Notes: generated by a model not told the origin, from the sequence alone. Shown: positions 37,633 through 48,572, counted from the stretch's first letter. The stretch: 64,000 bases of DNA from an uncultured Clostridium sp. (GCA_964589375.1 CAZPSA010000002.1:6975-70974), one strand, 5' to 3'. Made by a program: numbers and translations.

Positions 37633-38913
37633 TTAATCAATATACATTTTTCTAGTATTATCAGCAGCATTTGTGTTTTCTCTTCTTCCAAAATCATTAT
37701 TAAAATCCCCTTTGGCTTTTGCCGATAATTTTTTTAAATATTTGGCTCTCTGTTCTCCTTGAAAACTTAATATTCTCTTTAAAGTCGGCAAAGAATCTAA
37801 ATCCTTTATCCTTAATTTATCATATTCTTTTGGGTTTCTTATATAATTTCCATTATTTGGATATAATCTAATAAGCGAGCCAGAAACTAATGCCGGCTTT
37901 ATCCCTAAAGATTTAGAAACTTGTAAAAGCATATCATCATCAAAATCCGCTCTTTTCAAAAGTAAACTTAATGCTTCATCTATCGCATCCCAAGGACAAA
38001 CTATGTCAAACTTTGTCCCTATCAATTCTGGATATCTCATCTTTAATCTTACTTGTAACTTTTCTAGATCAGTACTGTCTATAAACTCCCAAAAACGATA
38101 ATTATTCATTCTCCATCTTTTGCCAGCAATATCAAAATATAAATCAACATTATCATCATACTTATAAGTTAGTATTTTAATTCCCCTTAAATAATAAAAA
38201 CTAAAATCATCATTTAATGGGGTATAATAACAATTTTCTTTCCTAAATATATCTTTAAGCCAAGAAGTAAAACTAATAATTAAAATCTTACATATTCTTG
38301 AATATGTATTAATCTCCGGATTTTCCCCTATATCATATAAATTAAAGTTCGGATACTCTTTCTTTTTCATTCTGAATTTATAATTATATATTGAAGCTTC
38401 AGGTGGAGCATACTCCTTACATAACTCCCTTTTTACTTCATTTTCCGTCATATCGGGCGTCATACCTTCACTTAGTAAAATATCAAATATATTTCTAGCA
38501 CTCATCAAAGCACTCCATATTTCTCCGGAATTTACCTTTTGCTCCATATCAACCAATAAAGGACACAAAAGTCTTAAAACAGTTAAAAATCGAGAATTAT
38601 AATCAGACTGACTTAAAAACTCTTTATTGTCTTTTAAAGCTTTATAAATATCAAAAACATAAGATGAAAGTTCAGTAAAATCTACCATTAACTGCGGACA
38701 AATATTTTTAGCTTCTATTAAAATTAACATTTTAATAATATCTTCTCTAAAATTTAATGTAACGGCTTCTTTGTATGTTTTCAATAAATTTTCTGCTAAC
38801 TTTTTTCCATACCAATCTTCAATAAAAGCATCATCAGGAATTAAGTTTTCTATGGCATTTCTATATGGAAATCCTTTAAAATTGTACCAATCAAAATATA
38901 TTATTTTTTGCAT
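37633..38913 (-). CDS. Hypothetical protein (426 aa)
   Basis: Long ORF with GAGGT RBS directly after rpoZ; no motif recognised. Confidence 0.65.
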   Translation of the reverse strand: MQKIIYFDWYNFKGFPYRNAIENLIPDDAFIEDWYGKKLAENLLKTYKEAVTLNFREDIIKMLILIEAKNICPQLMVDFTELSSYVFDIYKALKDNKEFLSQSDYNSRFLTVLRLLCPLLVDMEQKVNSGEIWSALMSARNIFDILLSEGMTPDMTENEVKRELCKEYAPPEASIYNYKFRMKKKEYPNFNLYDIGENPEINTYSRICKILIISFTSWLKDIFRKENCYYTPLNDDFSFYYLRGIKILTYKYDDNVDLYFDIAGKRWRMNNYRFWEFIDSTDLEKLQVRLKMRYPELIGTKFDIVCPWDAIDEALSLLLKRADFDDDMLLQVSKSLGIKPALVSGSLIRLYPNNGNYIRNPKEYDKLRIKDLDSLPTLKRILSFQGEQRAKYLKKLSAKAKGDFNNDFGRRENTNAADNTRKMYID

Positions 38914-38937
38914 AAATACCTCAATAGAAAAAAAGAA

Positions 38938-39132
38938 TTAATTATACTTAATTAAACCTTTTTCAATTTCCTCTAATGCTCTGCCTAACTCTTTTTTATT
39001 TTTATATTCTTTTTCCGGTAATTGAAAATGTCTAGTTTCTTCCATTTGTTTTGCTCTTTGCGCTATAATATGAACTAAACGATACTTAGAATCTACCGTA
39101 TTTAAAATTTTATCAATTGATGGATATAACAT
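38938..39132 (-). CDS. rpoZ: RNA polymerase omega subunit
   Basis: MLYPSID..VDSKYRLV..AQRA..ALEEI. Confidence 0.92.
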   Translation of the reverse strand: MLYPSIDKILNTVDSKYRLVHIIAQRAKQMEETRHFQLPEKEYKNKKELGRALEEIEKGLIKYN

Positions 39133-39223
39133 TGTATCACACTCCTACAATATTAATATACAGCTTATTTTCGAAACTAAACATAAAAAACCTTAAAAAT
39201 AGACAATTAATTTACATTATAAA

Positions 39224-39517
39224 TTATTTACAGCAAGGATTTTGATCATAAACATTACATATTTCATTTTCTTCACAACAAGTATAACATGGTTCGTATG
39301 AATGGCGGTAAATATGATGATTTATTATTCTCGTATTAACTGGTTGAATATGACGAACTTGATGATTTATTTCCCGATGACATACTCTTTCACACGGACA
39401 TTCATAAATTGGTGCACATTCCATCATAAAAGGCATTTCCATATTTGATTGTTTCATATTCATATCTTTATAGTCTCCTTCAACACAGCGATTATTTCTA
39501 AACATAATATTCCACAT
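39224..39517 (-). CDS. CotD-like Cys/His-rich spore coat protein
   Basis: PIYECP..H.V.HIQP.NT.IINHH..H.Y.P pattern. Confidence 0.65.
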   Translation of the reverse strand: MWNIMFRNNRCVEGDYKDMNMKQSNMEMPFMMECAPIYECPCERVCHREINHQVRHIQPVNTRIINHHIYRHSYEPCYTCCEENEICNVYDQNPCCK

Positions 39518-39565
39518 TCCTTTCTAGTGTATATTATGTAAAAATATCTTAATTGGTTAAGACAT

Positions 39566-40426
39566 TTAACTATTTAAATATTTTTTTATTTCCCCACTTT
39601 TACTTCGGGCATCTTGATAACCTAAATTATACATTTCTTTTATTCTTTGCGGATTTTTTTCTAAACGCCTAATTGGAATATATTTTGTTGGTCTCAATAC
39701 CAGTATATTATTGTTTTCTTCTTGCCTTTTAATATATTCTAAAGTAGAATTATATTCTTTATATCTATTATTAATTAATTTAACAAGATTAGGATATTTA
39801 AAATATCTAAGTTCAGTAAAAAATGCTAAATGCTTTTTCTTTTGGTAGCCTAACACTCTAGTTGATACCACTATAATTTTATCATAACCAAGTTCAATAG
39901 CTTTCTTTACCGGAATGGAATCACTAAGAGCACCATCTAAATAATAAGAATCATTAATTTTAACTTTCCTTGATAAAAATGGCATCGAGCCAGAAGCTCT
40001 TAAATATTCCATACTTTTTTCGTCTTTTAAATCGTTTATTAAATGATATTCAGCTTTCCCCATTTCTACATTCGTAACTACGGCATAAAAATCAAGAGGA
40101 TTTTCCTTATAAGTTTTATAATCAAATAAATCATATTCATTAACTAATTTATCAAAACAAAAATCTTTATTCATAACATTTCCCGTCTTAAAAAAAGAAT
40201 AAAAACCGATATAATTTTTATTTTTTATATATTTTAAATTATATCTTAATGCCCGATTTATTTGTTTCGATTTATAATTAATACCAAATAAAGCCCCAGC
40301 TGATACACCTAAAACCGCATCAACTAAAATATTTTCCTCTAATAAATAATCTAATACCCCGGCGGTATAAATCCCTCTCATTGCCCCGCCTTCTAAAATC
40401 AAACACGATTTCATATTATTTTTCAC
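39566..40426 (-). CDS. Patatin-like phospholipase
   Basis: LEGGAMRG, GVSAG nucleophile elbow, YLDG. Confidence 0.92.
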   Translation of the reverse strand: MKNNMKSCLILEGGAMRGIYTAGVLDYLLEENILVDAVLGVSAGALFGINYKSKQINRALRYNLKYIKNKNYIGFYSFFKTGNVMNKDFCFDKLVNEYDLFDYKTYKENPLDFYAVVTNVEMGKAEYHLINDLKDEKSMEYLRASGSMPFLSRKVKINDSYYLDGALSDSIPVKKAIELGYDKIIVVSTRVLGYQKKKHLAFFTELRYFKYPNLVKLINNRYKEYNSTLEYIKRQEENNNILVLRPTKYIPIRRLEKNPQRIKEMYNLGYQDARSKSGEIKKYLNS

Positions 40427-42153
40427 TTTCTAAAGAAGCATAATATTCTTCTAAAGTAAAATTATTTTGAAATAAATATTCGCCTAAATCAGTACCGACA
40501 TATCTAAGATGCCATGGTTCATAATTATTCTTTGTCTAAAGGATATCTTAAAATAAAACCATATTTATAAGAATTATTCTTAATGAAATTGATTAAACTA
40601 TCATTATTAATTAAGTCTTGATCAAATAAATATTCTCCTTCAGCTAATAAACAAATATCTATTGCTAGCCCTGTATGATGTTCGGAAAATCCTGGTTTAG
40701 CCACATATTTTAAGGCATATTCTCTTCCTTTGTCATTGACAATTTCAGCAAAAACATTTTCTTGCTTGCCAATACTACGATATCCACTTTCAATATCTAA
40801 TTCAAATCCATTTTCTTTGGCAAATGCTTTAAATTTCAACCAACTATCATATATAACATCGGCAATTTGAATAGAACTTTTATAATTACTTACATTATCA
40901 ATTAAATTCACCTTATAATTTTCTGGAATTTTATTATTCTTCCCTACTAAAATATTGATTAAATTTTCATTATATGCTTTTGCCATATAATTAATAGTTT
41001 CGACTACTGCCCTAGTATTTTTCTCAATTGTATTAGAATAATGATGAGTTAATTTTGCCATTTCTCCTGAAGCATTATTTTCATATTCAGCAAAATTCAT
41101 GTCTATAAATTGTGACAATGGATTGCTTCTAACTTCTCCTATTTCAACAACTATTGTACCAGGTAATAAACATCTTAGTTTTGAACAAAAAGTTGTATAT
41201 GTCGTTGGTTTATATAATTTATAATTAGCTACATCGGCATATTTATTGGCAATTTTTCGGTTATATAATATATCGTGGGTTCCAAAATTTTCATTCCAAT
41301 AATTTTTTTCTTTCATATAATCTAAATAATGTACTTCCCCGCCACAACTATGAAAAATAAAAGAACCAACTACAATATTATTTTTAATTAAATTGTTATA
41401 AAAATTTAAAATTGCTTCGTTTTCGGGCTCAATAGAATACTGCTTGGTTTTAAAAGGACAGCCAAAAGGTCCTAGCTTAAACCTATTAATTTGATTTAAT
41501 CTTAAACCGCCATAGTAAATGTCATTATTTTTATATTTTTCTACATACTCTCCGCATTCAATATTACTATTTAAATCAACTCCAATACCATTACTTGACC
41601 AATTTATCATTATTCCTTCAGGTAAATCCTTTAAAAGATTTTGCATACTATTTCTCAATTTTTCATATTTTTCCTCGATACATGAAAAAGTAGAATTTTT
41701 AAATGTCAAATGAATTAATTTATCACTTGCATCTCCATTTTTTATCGCATTATAATCATCATTTCTAGAATTTAAATAATAATTTAAACAAGCTAGTTGT
41801 TCAAAAAAGTCATCACTTTCTCTAGATATTAGAGTTCTAATTGCACTTGTTACAATAATAGTTCCTTCCGGATTTAATATAGGAAAAAAATGCAAAGTAA
41901 ATAAATTACCATCCAAGCTTATTTCTTTATTTGATAATTTTTCCATAAAACGTAGTAAAAATACATTTGTAATTAACTCAGATGAATGAGTACCAGCGGT
42001 TAATATAACATGATATTTACCATGCCCATATGAATAATGTCTTATTGGCTCCCCAAAATTACTATTGCCAATTGGATTTTCCTCTTTAATAATATTTGAG
42101 TTTAGCTTAGATAACATTTCTAGCATTTGCTCATAATCTAATATTTTGCTCAT
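40416..42153 (-). pseudogene. M14 Zn-carboxypeptidase fused to VanY/M15B D,D-carboxypeptidase, frameshifted near the 3' end
   Basis: AGTHSSE, LNPEG, GVDLN, FHS (M14); SGYRS, SEHHTGLAID, YGFILRYP (M15B); TAA at 40525, then YEPWHLRYVG continues in another frame (40523-40416). Confidence 0.8.
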
Positions 42154-42192
42154 AAACACCTCATTAAAAGTATAACATAACTTTTTCATTAT

Positions 42193-42214
42193 AAAAAGAA
42201 GGGCTTTTCCCTTC
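42193..42214 (-). terminator. Intrinsic terminator downstream of 42307-42939
   Basis: gaaggg/cccttc hairpin with U-tract on the minus strand. Confidence 0.6.
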
Positions 42215-42306
42215 AAATCTATCTAAACACTAAATTAGTGTACAATATATTCTATGGAAAAGAATAAATTTAAGTCTACTTTTTTTGCCTAAAAATTACT
42301 AAATTA

Positions 42307-42939
42307 TCATTTATAAAAATTTAGTTCATCCAACTTTGCCAATATCAAAATACTACTTAAAAATATAAAGTTACATATATTATCAAAGTCAAATACTAAT
42401 GATCTCCTTTTTCTATCGGTCGTTATATAATTATTGACTTCATCAATATTATTATTAATACGCATCACCGGTATTTCTTCAATTATATCATCTAATGGAG
42501 GTATTCCCTTATCAAACACATTTAAATCTAAATTATATGCAGCTATTATTTTCCCATTCAAGCATGCATAATCATTATAAATATACATTCCTAACATATT
42601 GCCATTACACTTTACTTGTTTTCCATCTAATTTTGTAATTATTTGATTTTTATAAACTTCCGAAAGAAAATATTTTGACCATAAATAGTCAGTATAAATG
42701 TGAATAAAATATCCAAGCACAAAATCATCAGATAAATTATTTTTATATTTTGATAAAAAAAGATCTATATTAGGTATTTCTGTATTATCATTCAAAAAAT
42801 GGCTCTGTTTTTTAGAATTATTTAAAAATTTACATACATCCGGTGCAACTGCCCCAATTAATATTTTATCTTGATTTTTCTTTATTATTTTATTTATTTC
42901 AGCTGCCACTGCCATATGAATAACTACTGATGCCATCAT
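42307..42939 (-). CDS. Zinc-dependent phospholipase C-family protein
   Basis: N-terminal IH, GAVAPD, SHF, LGYFIHIYTD. Confidence 0.65.
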   Translation of the reverse strand: MMASVVIHMAVAAEINKIIKKNQDKILIGAVAPDVCKFLNNSKKQSHFLNDNTEIPNIDLFLSKYKNNLSDDFVLGYFIHIYTDYLWSKYFLSEVYKNQIITKLDGKQVKCNGNMLGMYIYNDYACLNGKIIAAYNLDLNVFDKGIPPLDDIIEEIPVMRINNNIDEVNNYITTDRKRRSLVFDFDNICNFIFLSSILILAKLDELNFYK

Positions 42940-43180
42940 TTCACTTCCAAGGCTTATTATATCACGTATAATACTAAGTAGTAAATTAATTAGTTTTCGC
43001 TCTTAAAAAGTCTTTCATACTCATTATCTTAATTATCTAACAGATAAACTATATCGCCATTTTTCTATTAAATAATAAAATTTTATCATTTCATTTAAAG
43101 AAAACCCACCACATTTAGATCCCTTTTCTATTTATCTCATTATTTTTTAATTTTATTATAATACTTCAAATTATTCTTTT

Positions 43181-45202
43181 TTACGGTGAACAAGTTTCTA
43201 TTTTCAATTTATTATTTTTTATTTTAAACATAATACTTCCTTGCATATCAGTCCTATATATATTAGATTTTTTCAAAACACTTAATACATCTTTATTCGG
43301 ATGTCCATATCTATTATTTTTTCCTACTGATATAACTGAATATTTAGGATTAATCTTATCAATAAATTCTTTACTAGAACTGGTTTTACTTCCATGATGT
43401 CCCACTTTTAAAACATCAATATCATTTAAATTATATTGTTCCATTAAATCATTTTCTACTTTAATACTCGCATCTCCCATAAACAAAAACTTATAATTAT
43501 TATAATTTGTATAAATTACTATGGAGTTATCATTTTCATTATCATAATTTTGATTATTCAAAAAATATAATTTATTATCTCTTATATTTAATTCTTTAAT
43601 ACAAGAATAATAAGCTATTTTTCTTTTATTTAATACCTTAATTATGTTCTGTTCTAACTCATTTATATTTCCACAATTAAAGATAACTTTCTCAACTTTA
43701 AAATTATTAACAAAATTAATAGCTTCTCCCATATGATCACTATCTCCATGCGTTAATACCATTGAAGATAACTTACTTATTCCCATACTTTTTAGATATT
43801 TAATTGTATTGTCACTAATATCATAAGTATTACCAACTCCAGTATCAATAAGCACACCATTATTTTTATTAATAATTAGCATACTATCACCTTGACCCAC
43901 ATCAAGAAAAATAATCTTTTTATCTGAAGTAAATAGTGGTTTCAATTTAAAAGAAAAAATAAACATTAAAGCAAAAATTATATAAACAATCTTATTATTA
44001 TTAATAAAACTAAATAAAAGAAAATAATAAATCAAATAGAAAAACATTGAAACCTTAGGTATAACTATATTTAAAGGAATACATTTTAAAATATTATTTA
44101 TAAACTCTAAAATATTAACAAATAAACTTAATATTGGATCAAAAAATGGTAACAATAATATAATTAAAGTTAAAGGATATACAACTAAACTTACAATAGG
44201 TACAATTAATAAATTACTAACTATAGATATTAAATTAATTTCATAACTATTATATAAAGTTATTGGCAGACTAAATAAAAAAGCAATTACACTAGTAACA
44301 AACAAATTATAAAAATAATTCTTTTTATAATACTTTTTACTATAAATAAGTCCCAGTGATACAATACACGAATAAACAAACCCTAAATCATATATTATTA
44401 AATAATCTGCCATTATCATCAAAAACATCGTAAGAAATAACACCTTTGATGTAGCTAAATCAAAATTACCCTTTTTATTTATTTTAGATAAAATAAAAAG
44501 CAAAACACTTCTAATTAAACTAGCCGAATAGTTCGTTATAAAAGTATAGAAAATTAAAAAAACAATTATAAAAAGATCAGCTCTGCGCCATTTTTTCAAA
44601 AAAAACATTATAATTCCCGATAATAAACTTATATGCATACCACTTAAAGCAAATAAATGACTTACTCCATTTATAGCATAAGTCTGATAATCCTCTAAAT
44701 CACTTTTATCTCCAATAATAAAAGCTTTTAAATAGTTACTATTTAAAGATTTATCCATTCTTTTTATAAGATAATTTTTAACTTTATAAATTAAACTCCC
44801 ATCTGAATTAATAATTTCATATTCATCTATACTAAACGTATAAAAAATATGATGATTATTTAAATACTTTTGATAATTAAAAGTATTAGGTATAGTATTC
44901 TTTTTAGGAATATTTACCTTTCCTTTAATTTTAATTCTTTGTCCCAATTTAAAACTTTCATTTTTATTATTATAATAAGCTATTATTTTTTCATTATCAA
45001 CTTTTATAGTAAGCTGCCACTTTTCATTTGTATATTTAATATTTGTAATTACTCCTACGTACTCATCTTGCATTTTTAATTTACTTTTAGGTTCATTAAA
45101 AACACTATTTAAAATAACGAAGAAGATTGTAAATAATAATAAAGCAAAATAAAACCAATTAGACTGTAATATAATCTTTAATTTTATTAAAAAGAGCATC
45201 AC
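43181..45202 (-). CDS. comEC: DNA uptake channel ComEC
   Basis: HLFALSGMH, DVGQGD, THGDSDH, KVGHHGS, NRYGHP. Confidence 0.95.
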   Translation of the reverse strand: MMLFLIKLKIILQSNWFYFALLLFTIFFVILNSVFNEPKSKLKMQDEYVGVITNIKYTNEKWQLTIKVDNEKIIAYYNNKNESFKLGQRIKIKGKVNIPKKNTIPNTFNYQKYLNNHHIFYTFSIDEYEIINSDGSLIYKVKNYLIKRMDKSLNSNYLKAFIIGDKSDLEDYQTYAINGVSHLFALSGMHISLLSGIIMFFLKKWRRADLFIIVFLIFYTFITNYSASLIRSVLLFILSKINKKGNFDLATSKVLFLTMFLMIMADYLIIYDLGFVYSCIVSLGLIYSKKYYKKNYFYNLFVTSVIAFLFSLPITLYNSYEINLISIVSNLLIVPIVSLVVYPLTLIILLLPFFDPILSLFVNILEFINNILKCIPLNIVIPKVSMFFYLIYYFLLFSFINNNKIVYIIFALMFIFSFKLKPLFTSDKKIIFLDVGQGDSMLIINKNNGVLIDTGVGNTYDISDNTIKYLKSMGISKLSSMVLTHGDSDHMGEAINFVNNFKVEKVIFNCGNINELEQNIIKVLNKRKIAYYSCIKELNIRDNKLYFLNNQNYDNENDNSIVIYTNYNNYKFLFMGDASIKVENDLMEQYNLNDIDVLKVGHHGSKTSSSKEFIDKINPKYSVISVGKNNRYGHPNKDVLSVLKKSNIYRTDMQGSIMFKIKNNKLKIETCSP

Positions 45203-45839
45203 CTAAACCACTAACATTTTTGATATCTTCAATTGTCTTAAATTCGCCTTTTTCAGTTCGATATTTAATAATAGCATCTGCTTTAGAACTACCTATTCCA
45301 TTTACTGTTACTAATTCTTCCTTCAAAGCCGTATTAATATTTACTTTTTTTTCTTCATTCTTATTGTCATCTTCTATTTTGGCAGTATCATCAGTCTCAT
45401 TAATACAATTATCCACTTTTATAGTTTCACATATACAAGGAGCTGCAGTGGTAGTAGTAGTTGTCTTAATAGTTGTCGTTAATTCTTTATTAGTAAAAAT
45501 ATAAATTACCATTTCACTTGTTAATTTCTTACTTAAATTTATATTACTAGTCGTAGCGCCACTTTTTAATCCTCCAGCCTTTTCTATTGCATCAACTACT
45601 TTTTCCCCATTAGTAAATTCATAAACTCCTGGTTTTTTGACAGCCCCTTTAACATCAACATAAAATTTATCACGAAGAGTATTGTCATCATCTTCCTTAC
45701 TAATTAGTATACTTTCCTCTTCACCTTTACTTTCCTGCTCTAATTCTTCTCCATAATAAAAATAAAATGCTATCCCAACTACAATTACCCCAATTATTCC
45801 AAACAAAAAATACTTTTTATTATCTTTAATAAAGTCCAT
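45159..45839 (-). CDS. comEA: Competence DNA receptor ComEA
   Basis: TM, VDVKGAVKKPGVY SLBB domain, VNINTA and GIGSSKA HhH. Confidence 0.93.
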   Translation of the reverse strand: MDFIKDNKKYFLFGIIGVIVVGIAFYFYYGEELEQESKGEEESILISKEDDDNTLRDKFYVDVKGAVKKPGVYEFTNGEKVVDAIEKAGGLKSGATTSNINLSKKLTSEMVIYIFTNKELTTTIKTTTTTTAAPCICETIKVDNCINETDDTAKIEDDNKNEEKKVNINTALKEELVTVNGIGSSKADAIIKYRTEKGEFKTIEDIKNVSGLGDALFNKIKDYITV

Positions 45840-45896
45840 TATTCCTCCTTTCATTATTTATATTAACCATTATCTTCTAATTTCCTTTTTAAATTT

Positions 45897-45924
45897 AAAA
45901 AAAGTAACCATATGTTACCTTTTT
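45897..45924 (-). terminator. Intrinsic terminator after the ymfH-like gene
   Basis: gtaac/gttac stem flanked by A and T tracts. Confidence 0.55.
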
Positions 45925-45941
45925 ATAATTAACTATAACCT

Positions 45942-47225
45942 TTACTCCTCATCTGGAACTAATATATCAACACTACAAATATACTTATTCACCATTTTCT
46001 CTGCTACTTTATTCATATCCTCAATATTAAGTGACTTATAAATAGAATAAACATCATTCAAGTATTCATTATAATCAATAAGATCCTTCGAAATTTCACT
46101 ATTTACAACTTCTATATCATCAAACATCATAATTAAATTACTAATACAAATCTTCTTTTTTCGTTCCAATTCTTCTTCTTTAATACTAAAATTAGCAATC
46201 GTTTCCTTAACTCTTTTTACAAAATAATCAGGATATTCAGTCGCCGCCATAATAGTCTCTACATAATAATCATCAGTCGCAATTAAAGAAAAAGATATAT
46301 CATCAGTTAAAATCCCATTACTTGTAAGTTCATCTTTTAAAATAGACGTATTTCCAAAATTTATAAGCATAATTAAATTAAAATATAATCTTAAAGCAAC
46401 CTCAGATATCTTAAGATTTTTAAAATTATTTATTGGATACTTAATTGAAATCGCTGCTTTTGCTTTATCAATTGAAGTCTTTTGCTTACAATATTCACTT
46501 GTAACTTTAAATGGCTCATCTATTTTCTTTAATTCAACCTTTTTATATTCTGAAAAAGTAAACTCCGCCATTGTTCCTTCAACAATTGCCACAGCTTCTT
46601 CGGGATTAAAATTACCAGTAATAACTAAAAACATATTCTCAGGGTGATAAAATGCCTTATAAACAGTTAAAATATCATCTAACGTAATCTTTTTAACATC
46701 ACTTTCAGTTCCACTAATTAAAAAACGACGCTCATCATTAACTAAAACCGATTTTAAAGAATTATAATAGAGACAAGTTTCTGGCATATCTTCATACATT
46801 TTAATTTCTTCCGTAATTATTCCTCTTTCATTATTAATTAATTCTTTAGTAAAATACGGCGTATAAACATACTTTATTAAATAAGACAAATTTTCCTTAA
46901 AATGATTATTAGCAAATACCTCATAACAAGTCATATCAAATGAAGTAAAGGCATTTACTGGACTACCTAAATCTCCAAAATATTCAAAAGCACTTCCCGT
47001 TGGCATATTAAACATTAAATGTTCCAAATAATGAGCAATTCCTTTAGGCATATCATAATTCTTACCATCATATTTAAATTTATTATAAATTGAACCATAC
47101 CTAACATTTAAAGTTATATAGAAATTTTTAACATTACAATTAGGAACCATATAAATATCTAAACCATTATCTAAATGCTCTTTATATAAAGTTTCTTTAG
47201 CACCTAATATCTCAATCTTCTTCAT
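45942..47225 (-). CDS. M16 peptidase, YmfH-like (active subunit)
   Basis: GIAHYLEH inverted zinc motif, NAFTS, ERGII.EEI. Confidence 0.9.
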   Translation of the reverse strand: MKKIEILGAKETLYKEHLDNGLDIYMVPNCNVKNFYITLNVRYGSIYNKFKYDGKNYDMPKGIAHYLEHLMFNMPTGSAFEYFGDLGSPVNAFTSFDMTCYEVFANNHFKENLSYLIKYVYTPYFTKELINNERGIITEEIKMYEDMPETCLYYNSLKSVLVNDERRFLISGTESDVKKITLDDILTVYKAFYHPENMFLVITGNFNPEEAVAIVEGTMAEFTFSEYKKVELKKIDEPFKVTSEYCKQKTSIDKAKAAISIKYPINNFKNLKISEVALRLYFNLIMLINFGNTSILKDELTSNGILTDDISFSLIATDDYYVETIMAATEYPDYFVKRVKETIANFSIKEEELERKKKICISNLIMMFDDIEVVNSEISKDLIDYNEYLNDVYSIYKSLNIEDMNKVAEKMVNKYICSVDILVPDEE

Positions 47226-48474
47226 TAAATCCTCCCTCTAAAGTATAGACAAGTCCAAGCGAAATCTTTTTAGCTAGATTATTTACATCATCTAATGTTA
47301 CATTTTTAAACATCTTTAACCTAGTCTCCCAATCATCTAGATCACTTACATCTTCGAAGAACTTATTATCAACTATTTTATTTAAAGAATCCATTGTCAT
47401 AATTAAGCTTGTTTGAATAAATTTCTTAGCAGACGCCAACTCATTTTCCCTAACATTATTTACCATATCCTTCAAACTAGTTTTAATTAAAGAAAGTGCC
47501 TTATCCTTTTCCTTAACATCAACAGAAGTCGCAATATATATTAGTCCATCATATTTCTGATAATAAGAGTTAACATTATAACAAAGTGAATTATCAGCTC
47601 TTAACCTCTTATAAAGCTTTGACTCTAAAGATGAACCTCCTAATATTAAATTATATATAAACGCCACATACTTTCGCTCATAACTATCTAAATTATTAAG
47701 ATTTAAAACCGCCACCATGGTAGTTTGAACATAACTAGATTTCTTAGAAATAGTTTTCTCTTTAAACTTTGGATTATCAACATAAAAAGACAATAAATGA
47801 TTTTTAATAACATTAAAATTAGCATACTTATAAATATAAGTTTTTGCCTCATCCATATCAATATCTCCAACTAAATAGACATCTATATAATCATTATTTA
47901 AAACTTCTTTATAATACTGATATAAATTTTCTTTCGTAATTTCTAGAATATCTTCAATATAGCCAATACTACTTAATGAAGAAAAAGAGTTTTCTAAAGC
48001 ACCACTAGCCTCACTTAAAGCATATTTTTTAGGATTTTCCTTAATACTATTAATTTCATCTTTTAAACGAACTTTTAGAAGTTCTAATTTTTTATCATCA
48101 AATTCTTCATTATGAACTAGAGGATTTAATATTAATTCAAAAATCAATTTAATTGCTTCTTCTAATATTTTTCGTTCGGTTAATAATGGATTTATAAAAT
48201 CTAAACATACATTTGTAACTATACTAGCACCTACTCGATTAGTTGTAGCATAAACACTTGCATTATATAAATCTTCTAATTTTATCTCTAACTCCCTTTT
48301 AGTTCTATAATTAGAAGAACACTCTAACAAATAATCAAATAGTAAATTTCTTTTAGTTACTATATCCTTTTTTATATTATTTCTAAATATTATTTCCAAA
48401 TGAACTTGTTTAAATTTATCAGTTTTTATTAGATGTAAATTATAACCACCCATATTTTCTTTTTTATATACCAT
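47212..48474 (-). CDS. M16 peptidase-like, YmfF-like (inactive subunit)
   Basis: TDKFK, ILGG..SKL..LR..SLCY; no HxxEH; paired with the ymfH-like gene. Confidence 0.85.
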   Translation of the reverse strand: MVYKKENMGGYNLHLIKTDKFKQVHLEIIFRNNIKKDIVTKRNLLFDYLLECSSNYRTKRELEIKLEDLYNASVYATTNRVGASIVTNVCLDFINPLLTERKILEEAIKLIFELILNPLVHNEEFDDKKLELLKVRLKDEINSIKENPKKYALSEASGALENSFSSLSSIGYIEDILEITKENLYQYYKEVLNNDYIDVYLVGDIDMDEAKTYIYKYANFNVIKNHLLSFYVDNPKFKEKTISKKSSYVQTTMVAVLNLNNLDSYERKYVAFIYNLILGGSSLESKLYKRLRADNSLCYNVNSYYQKYDGLIYIATSVDVKEKDKALSLIKTSLKDMVNNVRENELASAKKFIQTSLIMTMDSLNKIVDNKFFEDVSDLDDWETRLKMFKNVTLDDVNNLAKKISLGLVYTLEGGFNEED

Positions 48475-48523
48475 TTTTTCGCCTCTTTACTATTATAACT
48501 TTTTTTCTTATTTTTATAATGAC

Positions 48524-48547
48524 ATTATACCACAATTAAGATATAAT
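48524..48547. promoter_or_regulatory. Divergent sigma-A -10 elements for ymfF (TGGTATAAT, minus) and deoD (TATAAT, plus)
   Basis: attatacca at 48524-48532; tataat at 48542-48547. Confidence 0.5.
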
Positions 48548-48572
48548 CTAAAAGAAAGGTAGTTGATAAATT

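Noticed and set aside
42940-43180. 240 bp intergenic gap as possible ncRNA or gene remnant
   Set aside because: AT-rich with no convincing hairpin, repeat or ORF that I can support
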